A stretch of DNA of 64,000 nucleotides. Origin: Nitrososphaeraceae archaeon (GTDB lineage: Archaea > Thermoproteota > Nitrososphaeria > Nitrososphaerales > Nitrososphaeraceae). Location: the NCBI GenBank assembly GCA_035297365.1, contig DATGZA010000011.1:87609-151608 (forward strand). Direction: 5' to 3'. The notes under the pieces are model-generated. The model worked only from the letters and a program-made list of their open reading frames with translations, had not been told where the DNA came from and did not search any database. The position numbers were made by a program, and so were the translations under genes. Shown here piece by piece: positions 22,241 to 33,240 of this stretch; within the stretch, counting starts at the first letter, position 1; the number at the start of each line of letters is the position of its first letter.

Positions 22241-22576
22241 TTCTTCTCCAAGGTACAAAATACTGTATGCTTTATTATCTTGTATTGTAAAGATAAATAG
22301 ATTATTAATGAATAATGCATTGTTATCATTCTAATTCTCTTTATCATCCTCTTCATCTTTATCATCCTCTTCATCTTTATCAACGGCTTCATCTTTATCA
22401 TTAGATGAGAAAATAGAGGACAAATCAGGATTGTTTGCAGCAATAGGAGAAAGATTAGGATCTAATATTTCAAATGAATTAGCCATCATTTGAACATTAG
22501 GCAAATGTTTATCATAATCTTTTTCTTCTCCAAGGTACAAAATACTGTATGCTTTATTATCTTGTATTGTAAAGAT
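22241..22576. repeat. 54-bp exact direct repeat (22241-22294 and 22523-22576)
   Basis: TTCTTCTCCAAGGTACAAAATACTGTATGCTTTATTATCTTGTATTGTAAAGAT twice. Confidence 0.9.
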
Positions 22577-23758
22577 GTCGGATCCTTTTACTTTTGAATT
22601 ATCTGCAGTGTTCGTTCCATTATAAACTAGTTTGTAGGCTGATACTTTCTTGACTCCAAGAGTTGCAGTAGGATCATATTCCAAGATATTAAATTTAGTA
22701 TTCTTTGAATTAATTAATTCATTAATTTTTTGAAGCGAAAATTGTTCTAATGATCCTTTTATTTGTTGTGTTTCGCCATTTCCTGTTTGTTGTAATGAAG
22801 AGCTAACAGGTTGGACACTTACTAGAATATTAGCTTTTATCTTTTTGTCTGTTGCAAGACTTTGTAGTGGTGATGTTGTTATTCCGTCCTGCGATTCAGC
22901 TAAACTAAACATAACGGGTATACCACCTTTGTCATTTCCTGCTTTTGTCCAATTAGCAGGATATTGCATTTTAAAGCCCAATTCAGGATTTTCATATACT
23001 AACAAGTCAGATTGTTGAGCTGGAGGCGGACAGTTTGGATTATTTGGGTCACCTTCAGGTGGACAAGGTGCCGGTGGTAGGGGCGGTGGTGGTGGTGGTG
23101 GTGGCACGTCTGGGACGCATTTGTTTGTGGTAGTATCAACGTGTTGACCTGCTAGACATTCTACTGGCGGTGGTGGTAGACAGTTTCCATTTGTTGATTC
23201 ACCTTCTGGTGGACAAGGTTGTGGCGAAATATCAGTATCCGATTCGGGCGCATCCAGAACTGATGCTTGCATGTCGATATCATTACCAATGGCAGCAGAA
23301 ATATCGTCAGAAGGTTGTTGTAATGTTGGAGTAGTGGAAATGCTTTCTTTTATCCCTTCATCATTGATACTACTGCTACTCTCACTTATTCCTGTTTCTA
23401 CATTATCATTTGGATTTTCAGGTTCAAATGGGATAGAAAAACCAATTTCTGGTTGATTTGATGCCTCCTTATCATCATCTTCTTTCTCTTTATCTTCCTC
23501 CTCCTCTTGTTCTACTTCCTCTTGTTCTACTTCCTCTTGTTCTACTTCCTCTTCACCAAAATCATCTTCTTGTGAATAGGCTAATGATAAGAGGTTCCAG
23601 TTGACTATTGCCGAAAGTGACTCCAGATATGCGATAACATTTTTTGAACCATCCGGATTAAAATTTATTGATGCTACAGAACTTGTTACGGTAAATAATA
23701 TTGAAAGAATAAAAAATGTTATTGTTGTAAAATATTGTAAATTTTTAACATTCTTCAT
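22331..23758 (-). CDS. secreted PsbP-like protein with acidic and Pro/Cys-rich linker
   Basis: Signal peptide, EEVEQ repeats, poly-Pro, YENPELGFKMQYPANW PsbP-like domain. Confidence 0.8.
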   Translation of the reverse strand: MKNVKNLQYFTTITFFILSILFTVTSSVASINFNPDGSKNVIAYLESLSAIVNWNLLSLAYSQEDDFGEEEVEQEEVEQEEVEQEEEEDKEKEDDDKEASNQPEIGFSIPFEPENPNDNVETGISESSSSINDEGIKESISTTPTLQQPSDDISAAIGNDIDMQASVLDAPESDTDISPQPCPPEGESTNGNCLPPPPVECLAGQHVDTTTNKCVPDVPPPPPPPPLPPAPCPPEGDPNNPNCPPPAQQSDLLVYENPELGFKMQYPANWTKAGNDKGGIPVMFSLAESQDGITTSPLQSLATDKKIKANILVSVQPVSSSLQQTGNGETQQIKGSLEQFSLQKINELINSKNTKFNILEYDPTATLGVKKVSAYKLVYNGTNTADNSKVKGSDIFTIQDNKAYSILYLGEEKDYDKHLPNVQMMANSFEILDPNLSPIAANNPDLSSIFSSNDKDEAVDKDEEDDKDEEDDKEN

Positions 23759-24439
23759 TTACATTAAATAGTAATGACAATGACAAACTAAAATATATAG
23801 TTATTTCACATAATTTTTTATATATTATTCAATATATAAAAGATTTAACTAAAATATCATAACATTTAATAACTTTTTATAAAATTTCCATCTATAAGTT
23901 TCGCTACATCTAAATACACTATAATATTCTATTCTATCTCGTATTCAATAATTCAAATAGAAATCAGTCTAGTATTCCATAACGAAAAACCTAAATAAAA
24001 ATAATTAAAATTTGGACATAAATTATTATATGAAAAACAGAATATTATGATTATACAAGTTAAAAATATAAGATTTCTTTAGGCAGAAAATCTGAATATA
24101 GTTTACCACTTAATTCCAATTCATTTAAAAAAATTTTCGGCGCCGAAAAATTGTTATATTAGTAGTGTTATTAAAAAAATTTATTTAAATTTCATGCTAT
24201 ACTCATCTTTTACTAAAACAATGACAATTGTAAAATTCTATTTACATATTTACATGATATTATATTATAAAATTAGATATATTTATAAATGAAAGGACTC
24301 ATTCGATGAAATCATTTTAATAAGATTGTAATTTTATCTATTCAATGGAAACTAATATAATACATTTTTATTCTTATTTAATTGATATTTATTTTACAAA
24401 TATTGCTATTATCTTAAAGACTTATGGAAGTTTTCAAGA

Positions 24440-25630
24440 TTGAGTCGTTTTTCTCATAAAGGAATAAGATTTTCAGGTGACTCCATAAAAAGTTGTATCT
24501 GTTTTATTGACGTTATAGATTCAACAAAAAATACTTTGAAATTTAGTGATTTAAAAGATACAAGAAAATATTACTCGACATTTATTAACTCCATAAATGA
24601 AATAGTAAAAAAGTATAATGCAAAGATTATAAAAAATATTGGCGATTCATTACTATTTTATTTCCCTGATACTGCTGATACTATGAAGATTTCAAGGTTT
24701 GTAAAGGCATTAGAATGCGGTTTGGAAATTCTTGAAAATCGTCAAAATGTTAATGATAAAGTAGCAGCTGAAAACTTTCCGCCATTTAACTATAGGATAA
24801 GCATGGATTACGGAGTGGTTGAAATAGCCTTATCAGGCGAGTACAATCAATTAGATATTTTTGGATCCGCAGTAAACCTATGTGCCAAAATTAATATTCT
24901 ATCTAACCCAAATGAATTAGTAATAGGAGACAATTTGTACAGAATCCTAAAAGCTTATTCACCTATTGTCGAAAAGCATTACTTGTTTAATTTTTCTAAA
25001 GATTTTACTGTTTTAAATGGTTGTGCAACTTGCTCTCAAAAGGATGTATGCAAATTGTTTCGTGTATCAGGAGAGTATATGACTTTAGAGGATACTAAAT
25101 ACTCGTGCTATATTCTTAAAAGAAAATATCCAAAAAAATTATCCCATAAAAATCAATATATTTCCAAATTGAATAATACAAGAGGTCCTCAATTTTCTGT
25201 TCTTGCTGGTCAGAGAGATCAGGTTGAATATGAGAAAGAATATAGAGATTATAATAATATAAAAAAAATTATTCTGGTTGATGATGATCCTGAAGTTTTA
25301 TACACTTTCAAATCATTTTTGACTGAATTTAAGTACAATGTTAATTCCTTTACAGATTACGAACAGGCATTACAATACATGAGATCAAATCCATTCTATG
25401 ATAATCTTTTGATAATAACAGATATTGTATTAAAAAAACTGAATGGATTGCAGTTTTATCTACAGGCCAAAACTATTGATCCGACTATAAAATTTCTTTT
25501 TATTACGGCATATGATATTGTAGATGAGGTAATATCCGTAATCCCTGGACTGAATAAGAGTGATATAATTAGAAAACCTATAGAAAAAAATAGGTTTGTG
25601 AATAAGGTAAATTCACTACTACCTATTTAG
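24440..25630 (+). CDS. class III nucleotidyl cyclase-like domain fused to C-terminal receiver domain
   Basis: FIDVIDST, KNIGDSLL, DIFGSAVNLCAKI; IILVDDD...TDIV...FITAY...KP. Confidence 0.85.
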   Translation: MSRFSHKGIRFSGDSIKSCICFIDVIDSTKNTLKFSDLKDTRKYYSTFINSINEIVKKYNAKIIKNIGDSLLFYFPDTADTMKISRFVKALECGLEILENRQNVNDKVAAENFPPFNYRISMDYGVVEIALSGEYNQLDIFGSAVNLCAKINILSNPNELVIGDNLYRILKAYSPIVEKHYLFNFSKDFTVLNGCATCSQKDVCKLFRVSGEYMTLEDTKYSCYILKRKYPKKLSHKNQYISKLNNTRGPQFSVLAGQRDQVEYEKEYRDYNNIKKIILVDDDPEVLYTFKSFLTEFKYNVNSFTDYEQALQYMRSNPFYDNLLIITDIVLKKLNGLQFYLQAKTIDPTIKFLFITAYDIVDEVISVIPGLNKSDIIRKPIEKNRFVNKVNSLLPI

Positions 25631-26060
25631 TATTTTACATTTTGAGCACTAATTATGTGAGGGTAGGTCATAATTCAATAAACAAATATCGTTTCACTAA
25701 AAATAAAAAATTCTATGAGGTAATAGACAGAAAATTTTTGAAATTTTTTATCTACTGTAAGATGAAATAATTTTAAATCGGATAAGAAAATAAGATTCAT
25801 TTCATTAATATTTCAAGAAATTTTTAAAAATTACGTTATAAATATTCTATTTGAACATAAAATATTATCTGAAATCTCATAAATACCGTCATAGTTTTGA
25901 TAAATTCTTTCAACGTCATTTTTGGGGAATTACAGATGACGATAGAAAAAATACAATTCCAAATCTTATTTACAAAAAATATCCTGATTTATTTAGTAAT
26001 TGAGGTTATATTGATCGTTTGGAATTACAGTTGCAATTAATAATGACTTTATTATACAAA

Positions 26061-26104
26061 TGGGTTCTGAGGGCTTCGAGTATGACATGTAGTTGGGATC
26101 GGTT
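26061..26104 (+). repeat. att-like site core-RB
   Basis: TGGGTTCTGAGGGCTTCGAGTATGACATGTAGTTGGGATCGG. Confidence 0.85.
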
Positions 26105-26569
26105 AACTAGTATTTATTAATTTGGTAACTTATTTGAATATTTGCCAAACAATTTCTAATATATTAGAAAAATGAAAAAGGGAATCAATGGAATTTGAAC
26201 CCTTCGATAAAGTGGGACCATTATTATATTTCTAATAAACTGATTATACATATTTAATGAGTTAAACTACTAGTCAAATATTAAGTTTCGTTGTAATTTT
26301 TGAGCCTAATTTGAGTGTAAAAAGATAAAGGACAACACTAGTAAAAATTTGGGTCAATAAGATGATTGTTAATTTCTAATTATGGGCTATTGAATTAGGG
26401 TAAATGATAAGTAACTCAAGTTTATAAGAAAAGCTAAAATCATCATTCACTTAAAGGTTAGACACTTGCAATAGTTTCTCCATCAATGACATATTGAGTA
26501 TGGTAATATAAGTAGTCAGGTTGGATACTAAGATACAATGACGATAACGTTGCTCCCTTGTACCAGTCA

Positions 26570-27550
26570 CTACAGCTGACCTATCAAACGCATGAGTTGG
26601 GATTGCTCATTCTTCTCATCTACAACAGGCACCAAGCTTACCATAAGTTCATCCAAACCTGCATCCAGAAGTTTGGTCAACGATGTAGCTACTGTGTCTT
26701 CATTTCCAGAGATTATCATATTATTAACAAGATCATCAGTCACTTTCTTATCTGATGTTAGTGGGAAGCCTGCATCAGCAAACATTTTAACATAAAAAGG
26801 AAACATCGCGTACATATCAAACATTTTATGACCTTCGACCATTACAGAATCATGATCTTGGCTAAGTGCTACCGGAACATGTGCTACCAATGGAGGAGGG
26901 TATGAGCGTCCATTAGCAGTAGCTGCTTTACGTAATAACGGAATTCCAGTATGGAGTAAATATGGAACAGGACACATCCATGAAAGAGCTCCATCAGCAA
27001 TTTCCCCAGCCAATTGAAATGCCTTTTTTCCTAGTGTTGAAATTAACACTGGAGTTTGAGCTGTACGTGGAAATTCGATTACAATGTTAAAGAACTCTCC
27101 ATGATGGTCTACCTTGCCATCCCTGAGGATGGAATGCAGCACTTTTACATATTCGCGTAAATGAACCAAGGGTGTTGTCTGGGGTAAGCCGTACATATCT
27201 TCTACAATAGTACGATGACTAGGCCCAACTCCAAGGCGCAATCTACCTGGTGCAATATCATGAAGAGCAAGAACCTGTTGTGCTAGGACTACAGGATGCC
27301 GTGGATATGTTGGTACAATAGACGTTCCTAAGCGTACTATAGATGTTTTTATTGCTGCTGCTGCAAGTGTTGTCAGTACATCAGGGGACCAAGGAGTCTG
27401 GGCCATCCAGATTTGCTGGACACCGACAGTTTCGGCTGCAGCAATTGTTTTTATTGCTGCTGTTGCATTTGTCCCATTTACGATGAGTCCAACACATTCG
27501 GGTATTGGTCGTCGAATTGGAGAAACTTGTAAATCTGAATATTTTGTCAT
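26570..27550 (-). CDS. LLM-class (luciferase-like, probably F420-dependent) oxidoreductase
   Basis: RLGTSIVPTYPRHPVVLAQQ, GRLRLGVGPSH, LAGEIADG. Confidence 0.9.
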   Translation of the reverse strand: MTKYSDLQVSPIRRPIPECVGLIVNGTNATAAIKTIAAAETVGVQQIWMAQTPWSPDVLTTLAAAAIKTSIVRLGTSIVPTYPRHPVVLAQQVLALHDIAPGRLRLGVGPSHRTIVEDMYGLPQTTPLVHLREYVKVLHSILRDGKVDHHGEFFNIVIEFPRTAQTPVLISTLGKKAFQLAGEIADGALSWMCPVPYLLHTGIPLLRKAATANGRSYPPPLVAHVPVALSQDHDSVMVEGHKMFDMYAMFPFYVKMFADAGFPLTSDKKVTDDLVNNMIISGNEDTVATSLTKLLDAGLDELMVSLVPVVDEKNEQSQLMRLIGQL

Positions 27551-27872
27551 ATTTTAGTCTCCCATCTTATTTGCTTATCCATTTCTAGAAATCCCACATT
27601 GATAGAATATAGAACATGATACAGAATAAGTATTGCACTGTATGTGCTTCTACTAAATCGCTGTTATTAAAAGCATTTTTTAGGTAATTAATCATCATCA
27701 TCACTATTTTTTCATTAATAAGAATTATAAATCTGATATTGTTTTTTAAAAAGTTTTATTTCTATAAATTCTAAGTTATTATTTTTAGTAGCAAACACAG
27801 TAGCCGTAGGATTACTATTTCTATTTTTATTACTTCAGAATCAAAATTGTTATCTTAAATATAGAGGGTGTT

Positions 27873-27955
27873 ATCTGCTTGGCCCCATTGACTAAATGGG
27901 CTCAATAACTAAAACTTAAGCTTGGAATGCTTCGAGTTTGACATGTAATTGGAAT
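27873..27955 (+). repeat. att-like site L6(hairpin)-RB
   Basis: ATCTGCTTGGCCCCATTGACTAAATGGGCTCAAT...GCTTCGAGTTTGACATGTAATTGG; matches 32745. Confidence 0.75.
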
Positions 27956-28522
27956 ATGTTTTTTAAGATTTAAAATTTGACTTTTCGTATTCACCAATAA
28001 TGTGACCACTGTGAAACCTATTAGAAGAATCAAGGGTTTAAAGAGAAAAAGACTAGTTTTTGATATTGTAATTCAATTAGGAGGTAAAGTACAAAGTTCA
28101 CAAAGGGAAAAGAGATATCAAGACTGGTTTATTGGATTTACTTGTCTATTATGAAGCACCAGAAGGAAAGAGGGACAAAGTAAAGACAAGGTTTGAATTT
28201 ATTAAAAATAAATCCGGTAGGGTTATAATACAAAATCAGTAAGTAACTAATAACAATACTATACTATTGTTACTACTACAAATATTATATAGTAATATTT
28301 CAAATAGTACAAATACTATTAGTAACATGATAAAAAGTATACATGAATAACACCTGTTGTTACGGTTGCAATACTCCGATATACTGGAATATAGAGAAAG
28401 GAGAGTATTGGGAACTATTCCAATGTAAAAAACATATCTGTTCTTACCTGCAGAATAAACCAATAACACACTAACTAACTATCACTGCCATAGAAGCTAG
28501 ATCTATCTTTTTGTTAGTGGTT

Positions 28523-28640
28523 ATTACGGTGTTATTTACGAATTTAATATATCTGTGGTTAGAAGGAACATTATCTAATGTTCTAATGTTCTATCATTCT
28601 GAGTCATTAACTATAGTAAGGATAGCAATTGATCTTCAAG
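28523..28640 (-). promoter_or_regulatory. motif C leader, copy 2 (start codon decayed to ATA), abutting att-like site
   Basis: TACGAATTTAATATATCTGTGGTTAGAAGGAACATTATCTAAT...CATTCTGAGTCATTAACTATAG. Confidence 0.75.
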
Positions 28641-28642
28641 TT

Positions 28643-28698
28643 CAATTGGTTGACGGGCTCGGAGGATTGTCAACTGATTCTGACACAAATTTATAGTT
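28643..28698 (+). repeat. att-like site L3-core-RA
   Basis: CAATTGGTTGACGGGCTCGGAGGATTGTCAACTGATTCTGACACAAATTTATAGTT. Confidence 0.88.
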
Positions 28699-28876
28699 GA
28701 GATCATTTTTTCTATTATTAATTATAATACTTTTAAATGTAATAAAAAAATTACTAATTTTATATAATACTATAATATTAGTTCAAATAATTCTGTAGAA
28801 TAAGATAACTTCGAGGTTCATTTTATAATAATTATTAAAAATTTTGGGAATTAAAAAAGGAGAATTAATTAAGTTA

Positions 28877-29125
28877 TTAATTATTTTGACATATCTTATA
28901 TTTTTCACTCTCTTCGGGATCATCACACAACGCATCTTCATAAGCTGTTCGCTCATCGTCATCATCTATTTCACATTTATTTTTATCATCATTCCATTCT
29001 CCACTATAATTTGGACATAATTCTTTTGCCTTGTCTTCTGCATATATATAGTGTGTTTGAGTCATTGTAATAACTGCAATGATCAAGGTAACCATTGTTC
29101 CAAGTTTTAATACTGATAGTTTCAA
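28877..29125 (-). CDS. small secreted Cys-containing protein
   Basis: Signal peptide ending IYA, 4 Cys, acidic. Confidence 0.55.
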   Translation of the reverse strand: MKLSVLKLGTMVTLIIAVITMTQTHYIYAEDKAKELCPNYSGEWNDDKNKCEIDDDDERTAYEDALCDDPEESEKYKICQNN

Positions 29126-29293
29126 TTTATAATTAATAACCCCAACATATTATTTAACACTTTACAACCATCAATTAAATCATGTTATTATTTATTTGGT
29201 CCAATGAGGGGGCTTAAGGACTAGTACTGGGTCCATTATATTTCCAACCTCTATGAAATTTCTATGGTACATATGTTGGTGTTGCTATACAAA

Positions 29294-29423
29294 GATTTCA
29301 CTTTCTACCTTAATATCATTTTCTATTCTTCTTATAGTCAATAATTCAGAATGATAGGATAATACAATATAAGATAATGTTTCTTCTAACCTTCGATATA
29401 ATAAATTCGTATTCAAGAATGTA
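29294..29423 (+). promoter_or_regulatory. motif C leader, copy 3
   Basis: GATTTCACTTTCTACCTTAATATCATTTTCTATTCTTCTTATAGTC...ATATATAAATTCGTATT before ATG 29424. Confidence 0.8.
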
Positions 29424-29900
29424 ATGAGCAATAGTAATAACAACAGAATGATAGTATTTGCTTGCATACTGGGAGCAATACTAGCAACAAGTATACTGGC
29501 TCTAAACCCATCAACAATTACAAATGCACAAGCAATGCCATATGGCAGTGAAGATTATGACTATCGATATTCCTATGGTGATCAATATGGAGATGGTCGC
29601 AACTATTATCAAGACGAGAATAGATATAGTTATGATAATAACCATCAAAAAAAGAGTTCTCACACAGATACCCAGAATATAAAGTGTGTAAACAGTAACA
29701 TAAATGTAAATGGAATAGATATTGTAACTAATATCAAAATAGAAATAAATGCAAACCTATATCTAGAAAAATGTGCTGCATACTTTACAGAAGAAAATCA
29801 AAAATTTATGTATCAAAGAAAAATAATATATTCTCAAAGATTTTCAAATGAAATAATGTATGTTAGTTCTTTTATACTAGTAGTTAAAACTACAAATTAA
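29424..29900 (+). CDS. secreted CxNxNxNVNG-family protein, family homology ends after NVNGID (truncated or chimeric)
   Basis: N-terminus nearly identical to 48108-48887 up to KCVNSNINVNGID, then unrelated sequence. Confidence 0.65.
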   Translation: MSNSNNNRMIVFACILGAILATSILALNPSTITNAQAMPYGSEDYDYRYSYGDQYGDGRNYYQDENRYSYDNNHQKKSSHTDTQNIKCVNSNINVNGIDIVTNIKIEINANLYLEKCAAYFTEENQKFMYQRKIIYSQRFSNEIMYVSSFILVVKTTN

Positions 29901-30171
29901 GGATCAAGATAACCAAAACCATTTACGAGGTCCATAACGAGATTTAGTATGTCTATTTACATAAATTCGTGATATTGTGTTATATTATTGTCTACTTATA
30001 TTTATCTTTCATAATTTATTATTTATCTACCTAATCAGTAGTTAACCAATTAATTAATCGATCATTTCATACGGAACTTGTAGATGGTTTCCGATGTATT
30101 TCTTTTTCAATTTCTTTTTATTATGCTATCCTTCCAGTGCCTACAGAATAAAAGTGGAAAATTGATTTGTT

Positions 30172-30597
30172 TTATTTTCTGATGGCAGTTTTATTTTCTG
30201 CGGATGGTTCAAGTCCTATTTTATCGACTAAAGAACAATGATGTTCTGCCTCATATTTTCCATCTGAACTTGTTACATAGACATCACATTCACCGAATAC
30301 ACCAGATAGTTGTTTTTCCCATGTAGGACTCTCGGTATTAGGGATGGATATCTTTATCGTATACCAAATGTATTCAGTACCTGCTTCACAAGTCGAATTA
30401 AATTTAGCATCACAATGAGGTGGATCCACTGGAACTTCCATCCATAATTCTGCAGTATTATTACTCAAGTTATGCAATGTCATATGTGTGGATGCGGCAT
30501 AGATATTTTGAGTCAATACAAAAGTTGTTCCACTTATTGCAGCAATTAATATTAACATGAAGACTAAATTTTTCTTAATTAGAAATGGTTTCGTCAT
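30172..30597 (-). CDS. secreted hypothetical protein
   Basis: Signal peptide ending NIYA, 4 Cys. Confidence 0.6.
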   Translation of the reverse strand: MTKPFLIKKNLVFMLILIAAISGTTFVLTQNIYAASTHMTLHNLSNNTAELWMEVPVDPPHCDAKFNSTCEAGTEYIWYTIKISIPNTESPTWEKQLSGVFGECDVYVTSSDGKYEAEHHCSLVDKIGLEPSAENKTAIRK

Positions 30598-30603
30598 TTT
30601 CAG

Positions 30604-30846
30604 TTAATCTCTTTTGAATTTCTTTGATTCTTCTTCTGTTACTTTAAAAAAGACGGTATGACCATCAAAACTGTCTACTAAGTTTTTAGGAATATAAAAT
30701 TTGTCTTTGTCTACAGTGCCTTTTTGTGTTATTATATAGTCTGCACCAACGTCTTGAACTTCTCCAAGATTTGCATCACCTAACCCTCTTGCTTCTTTTT
30801 TAATGATATCTGCAGAATTATATCGAGTGTTTTTTTCACTTGACAT
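30604..30846 (-). CDS. small PRC-barrel/DUF2171-like protein
   Basis: IIKKEARG...LGEVQDVG..YIITQKG...FYIPK. Confidence 0.7.
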   Translation of the reverse strand: MSSEKNTRYNSADIIKKEARGLGDANLGEVQDVGADYIITQKGTVDKDKFYIPKNLVDSFDGHTVFFKVTEEESKKFKRD

Positions 30847-30984
30847 ATATTAATAAGTATTACATTTTATATAACTATTTTATTTTAAAATCTACAAATA
30901 TGCTACACAAAAGAAAATGTTGTAATTAACTAATATAATATTAAAAACTTTGTATCTTTACGTATATTAGGATTCCCTCCAAGA

Positions 30985-31245
30985 TTATGGTACGAGACAT
31001 CCTATATCAAGTTGGGTTATAGAAAGAACAAATACATGACATACTAGATTTAGAAAGGTAGTGCAATCCTTTCCAATCTGATATAAAGAGAAATAAGAAT
31101 CCAAAAAATTTGATAAAGATACATCATACAATAAATAGTGAGATAGTTGTGAAATTGTTACTACAAAAACAAGGTCATAGAAAAGCTCTAACCAAGTTGC
31201 ATGATGTTCTTCATTTTTATTTTTTTTATCTTGATTATTATCCAT
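30985..31245 (-). pseudogene. low temperature requirement protein A (LtrA) N-terminal fragment
   Basis: HATWLELFYDLVFVV signature; far shorter than full-length LtrA. Confidence 0.75.
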
Positions 31246-31310
31246 TTTATTTAAATAGTATTGTTCAAATTATTATTTTGATAATATTATGAAGAACTAT
31301 TATTTCTCAT

Positions 31311-31362
31311 GTAGTCCGGTACCGATAATCGCGATACGGCGTATTGGTTTAGTGAAAGACAT
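31311..31362 (-). pseudogene. start of Rossmann-fold (3-hydroxyacyl-CoA dehydrogenase-like) gene, truncated
   Basis: MSFTKPIRRIAIIGTG preceded by GAGGAG Shine-Dalgarno; breaks inside the GxGxxG motif. Confidence 0.5.
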
Positions 31363-32007
31363 AATTCGTTTCTCCTCTGCGTTATATGGTTATTGTTTTA
31401 TATCTTTCTTTATGGGTATTCATACTATCTCTGAAGGCAATTCAGTAGTATGAAGTTTGCCAGCAGGTTTCCCTGCACGATCAATAATAATATCTTATTA
31501 TCCGTTCAGTTGATCTTAACACAATAGATCGACCACTAAAGTCAATCACAAACATCCCACATTCATGTATTGGAGAATGATTCACAGTCTTATCAAAAGA
31601 AGGATCACTACGAACTGTGCAATACAGCATATGGTTATTAAGATAGAAATAGATAAGAAACATATGATATAATGAGCTAATTTTAAGAGCATAAACTTAT
31701 TGTATTAATTATTTTAGGTGGATATTGTTAAAAGTTTATTGAATTTATTTTTATAATAAAATAGAGTTATGTAATGATTTATTTTAATATTTTACCTTTT
31801 ATAGGTTTTAAATCCATATTGCGTTCAAGAAATGAAAAGTAAAGCAAGCCTTTTGTATTTATGAATATGATCAATACATTCAATGAGTGAATAAATTTAA
31901 CAATCCAAAGACATTTAACAAACTATATAATACTTGTTACTGCATTAGCCCAAAACTATGTAAGATGATTTATCAATTTTATATACGATGTTGTCTTAGA
32001 AAAGTAT

Positions 32008-32478
32008 ATGTCAAATAACACTAACAATAGTACTTCAGATGCCGAAATAGCATCATCTTCTAGTAAGGAAGAAATAATAAAAGGATTAAATGAAGACTTG
32101 GCAAGAGAATATAAAGCAATTATCCAGTATGTGGTATTCAGTTCTACATTGAAAGGCGCCGAATATGGGGAAATTGCCCAACAGTTGAAAGAACATGCAT
32201 CACAGGAACTAGAACATGCCCTAGAGGTAGCTAAACAGATCGACTATCTAGGTGGAGACCCGACAATGAAAGGTGAAGATGCTGAGTATTCCCAGGATTC
32301 AAAGACAATGCTTGAGATAGACCTAAGAGCTGAACAAGAAACCATCAAGAATTATAGAGAGAGAATCCGTCAGGCTGAACGTGCTGGTGAATTTGCTTTA
32401 TCTGAGACATTAAGAGAAATTATTCAACAAGAGCAGGATCACGAAATAGATTTGAAAGATGCTCTAGGATTAAGATAA
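32008..32478 (+). CDS. ferritin-like (bacterioferritin/Dps-like) protein
   Basis: LAREYKAIIQY, ELEHA, EQETI, EQDH ferroxidase-type ligands. Confidence 0.85.
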   Translation: MSNNTNNSTSDAEIASSSSKEEIIKGLNEDLAREYKAIIQYVVFSSTLKGAEYGEIAQQLKEHASQELEHALEVAKQIDYLGGDPTMKGEDAEYSQDSKTMLEIDLRAEQETIKNYRERIRQAERAGEFALSETLREIIQQEQDHEIDLKDALGLR

Positions 32479-32744
32479 TAAATTAATTTCCTAAATATCA
32501 ATAATTATTATTTATTTTTACTCTAAAATTAGTAGTTAAATCTATTAAAATATGTAGATCCAAATGAATAAAATGTGAAACTAATAATATTGTTTTTCTC
32601 AAACACTAGCACAAAAGATTTGGCATATTGAAATAAGTTTTTTGATAATTAAAATTTTTAATGGAAAAACAAACTGACAGATTATTTTTCTATTCTAAAT
32701 GAAGTTTTGAAAAACTTTATTACATAAAATGAAGTAGGATTCAT

Positions 32745-32910
32745 ATCTGCTTGGTCCCATTTACTAAATGGGTTCAATTGTAAAAATACCAGGCTTCGAG
32801 GGCTTCGAGTATGACATGTAGTTGGGAGCGGTTGTCTGTTATTTAATTTTATTTTTTAACATCAAGAATAGTCTACACAAAATGTTAGGTCGAGGAGTGG
32901 CATTAGAATA
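32745..32910 (+). repeat. att-like site L6(hairpin)-core-RB with extended tail
   Basis: ATCTGCTTGGTCCCATTTACTAAATGGGTTCAAT...GAGGGCTTCGAGTATGACATGTAGTTGGGAGCGGTTGTCTGTTATTTAATTTT. Confidence 0.85.
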
Positions 32911-33240
32911 CTTATTCATCGAATATGGGTGGTTTCTATTATTAAGTATAAATATTTAACATTAAAATATTATTTTTCGTATTTCACCAAAAGATATTCT
33001 AGATTAAAATCACTTGTATTATTTACATCGTTGTAAGCAGAACCAAAGAGAGTTTTCAATCATGGTACTTTTAAAGTCTTGGTATACTAGTAAATTTTTT
33101 TAAATCCATATCTGATTATTTTTAATATCGATATTCACATAAATTATTTTAAATATTGATTTGATATCAAATTAATGGCAAAAATCAGAACAAATTATAA
33201 AAAAATATCTGTTATAATAATTTTATTATTATCTTTATTT

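Noticed and set aside
22241-22576. Diversity-generating retroelement TR/VR pair
   Set aside because: Repeat is short, has no adenine-specific mismatches, and no reverse transcriptase is in the window.
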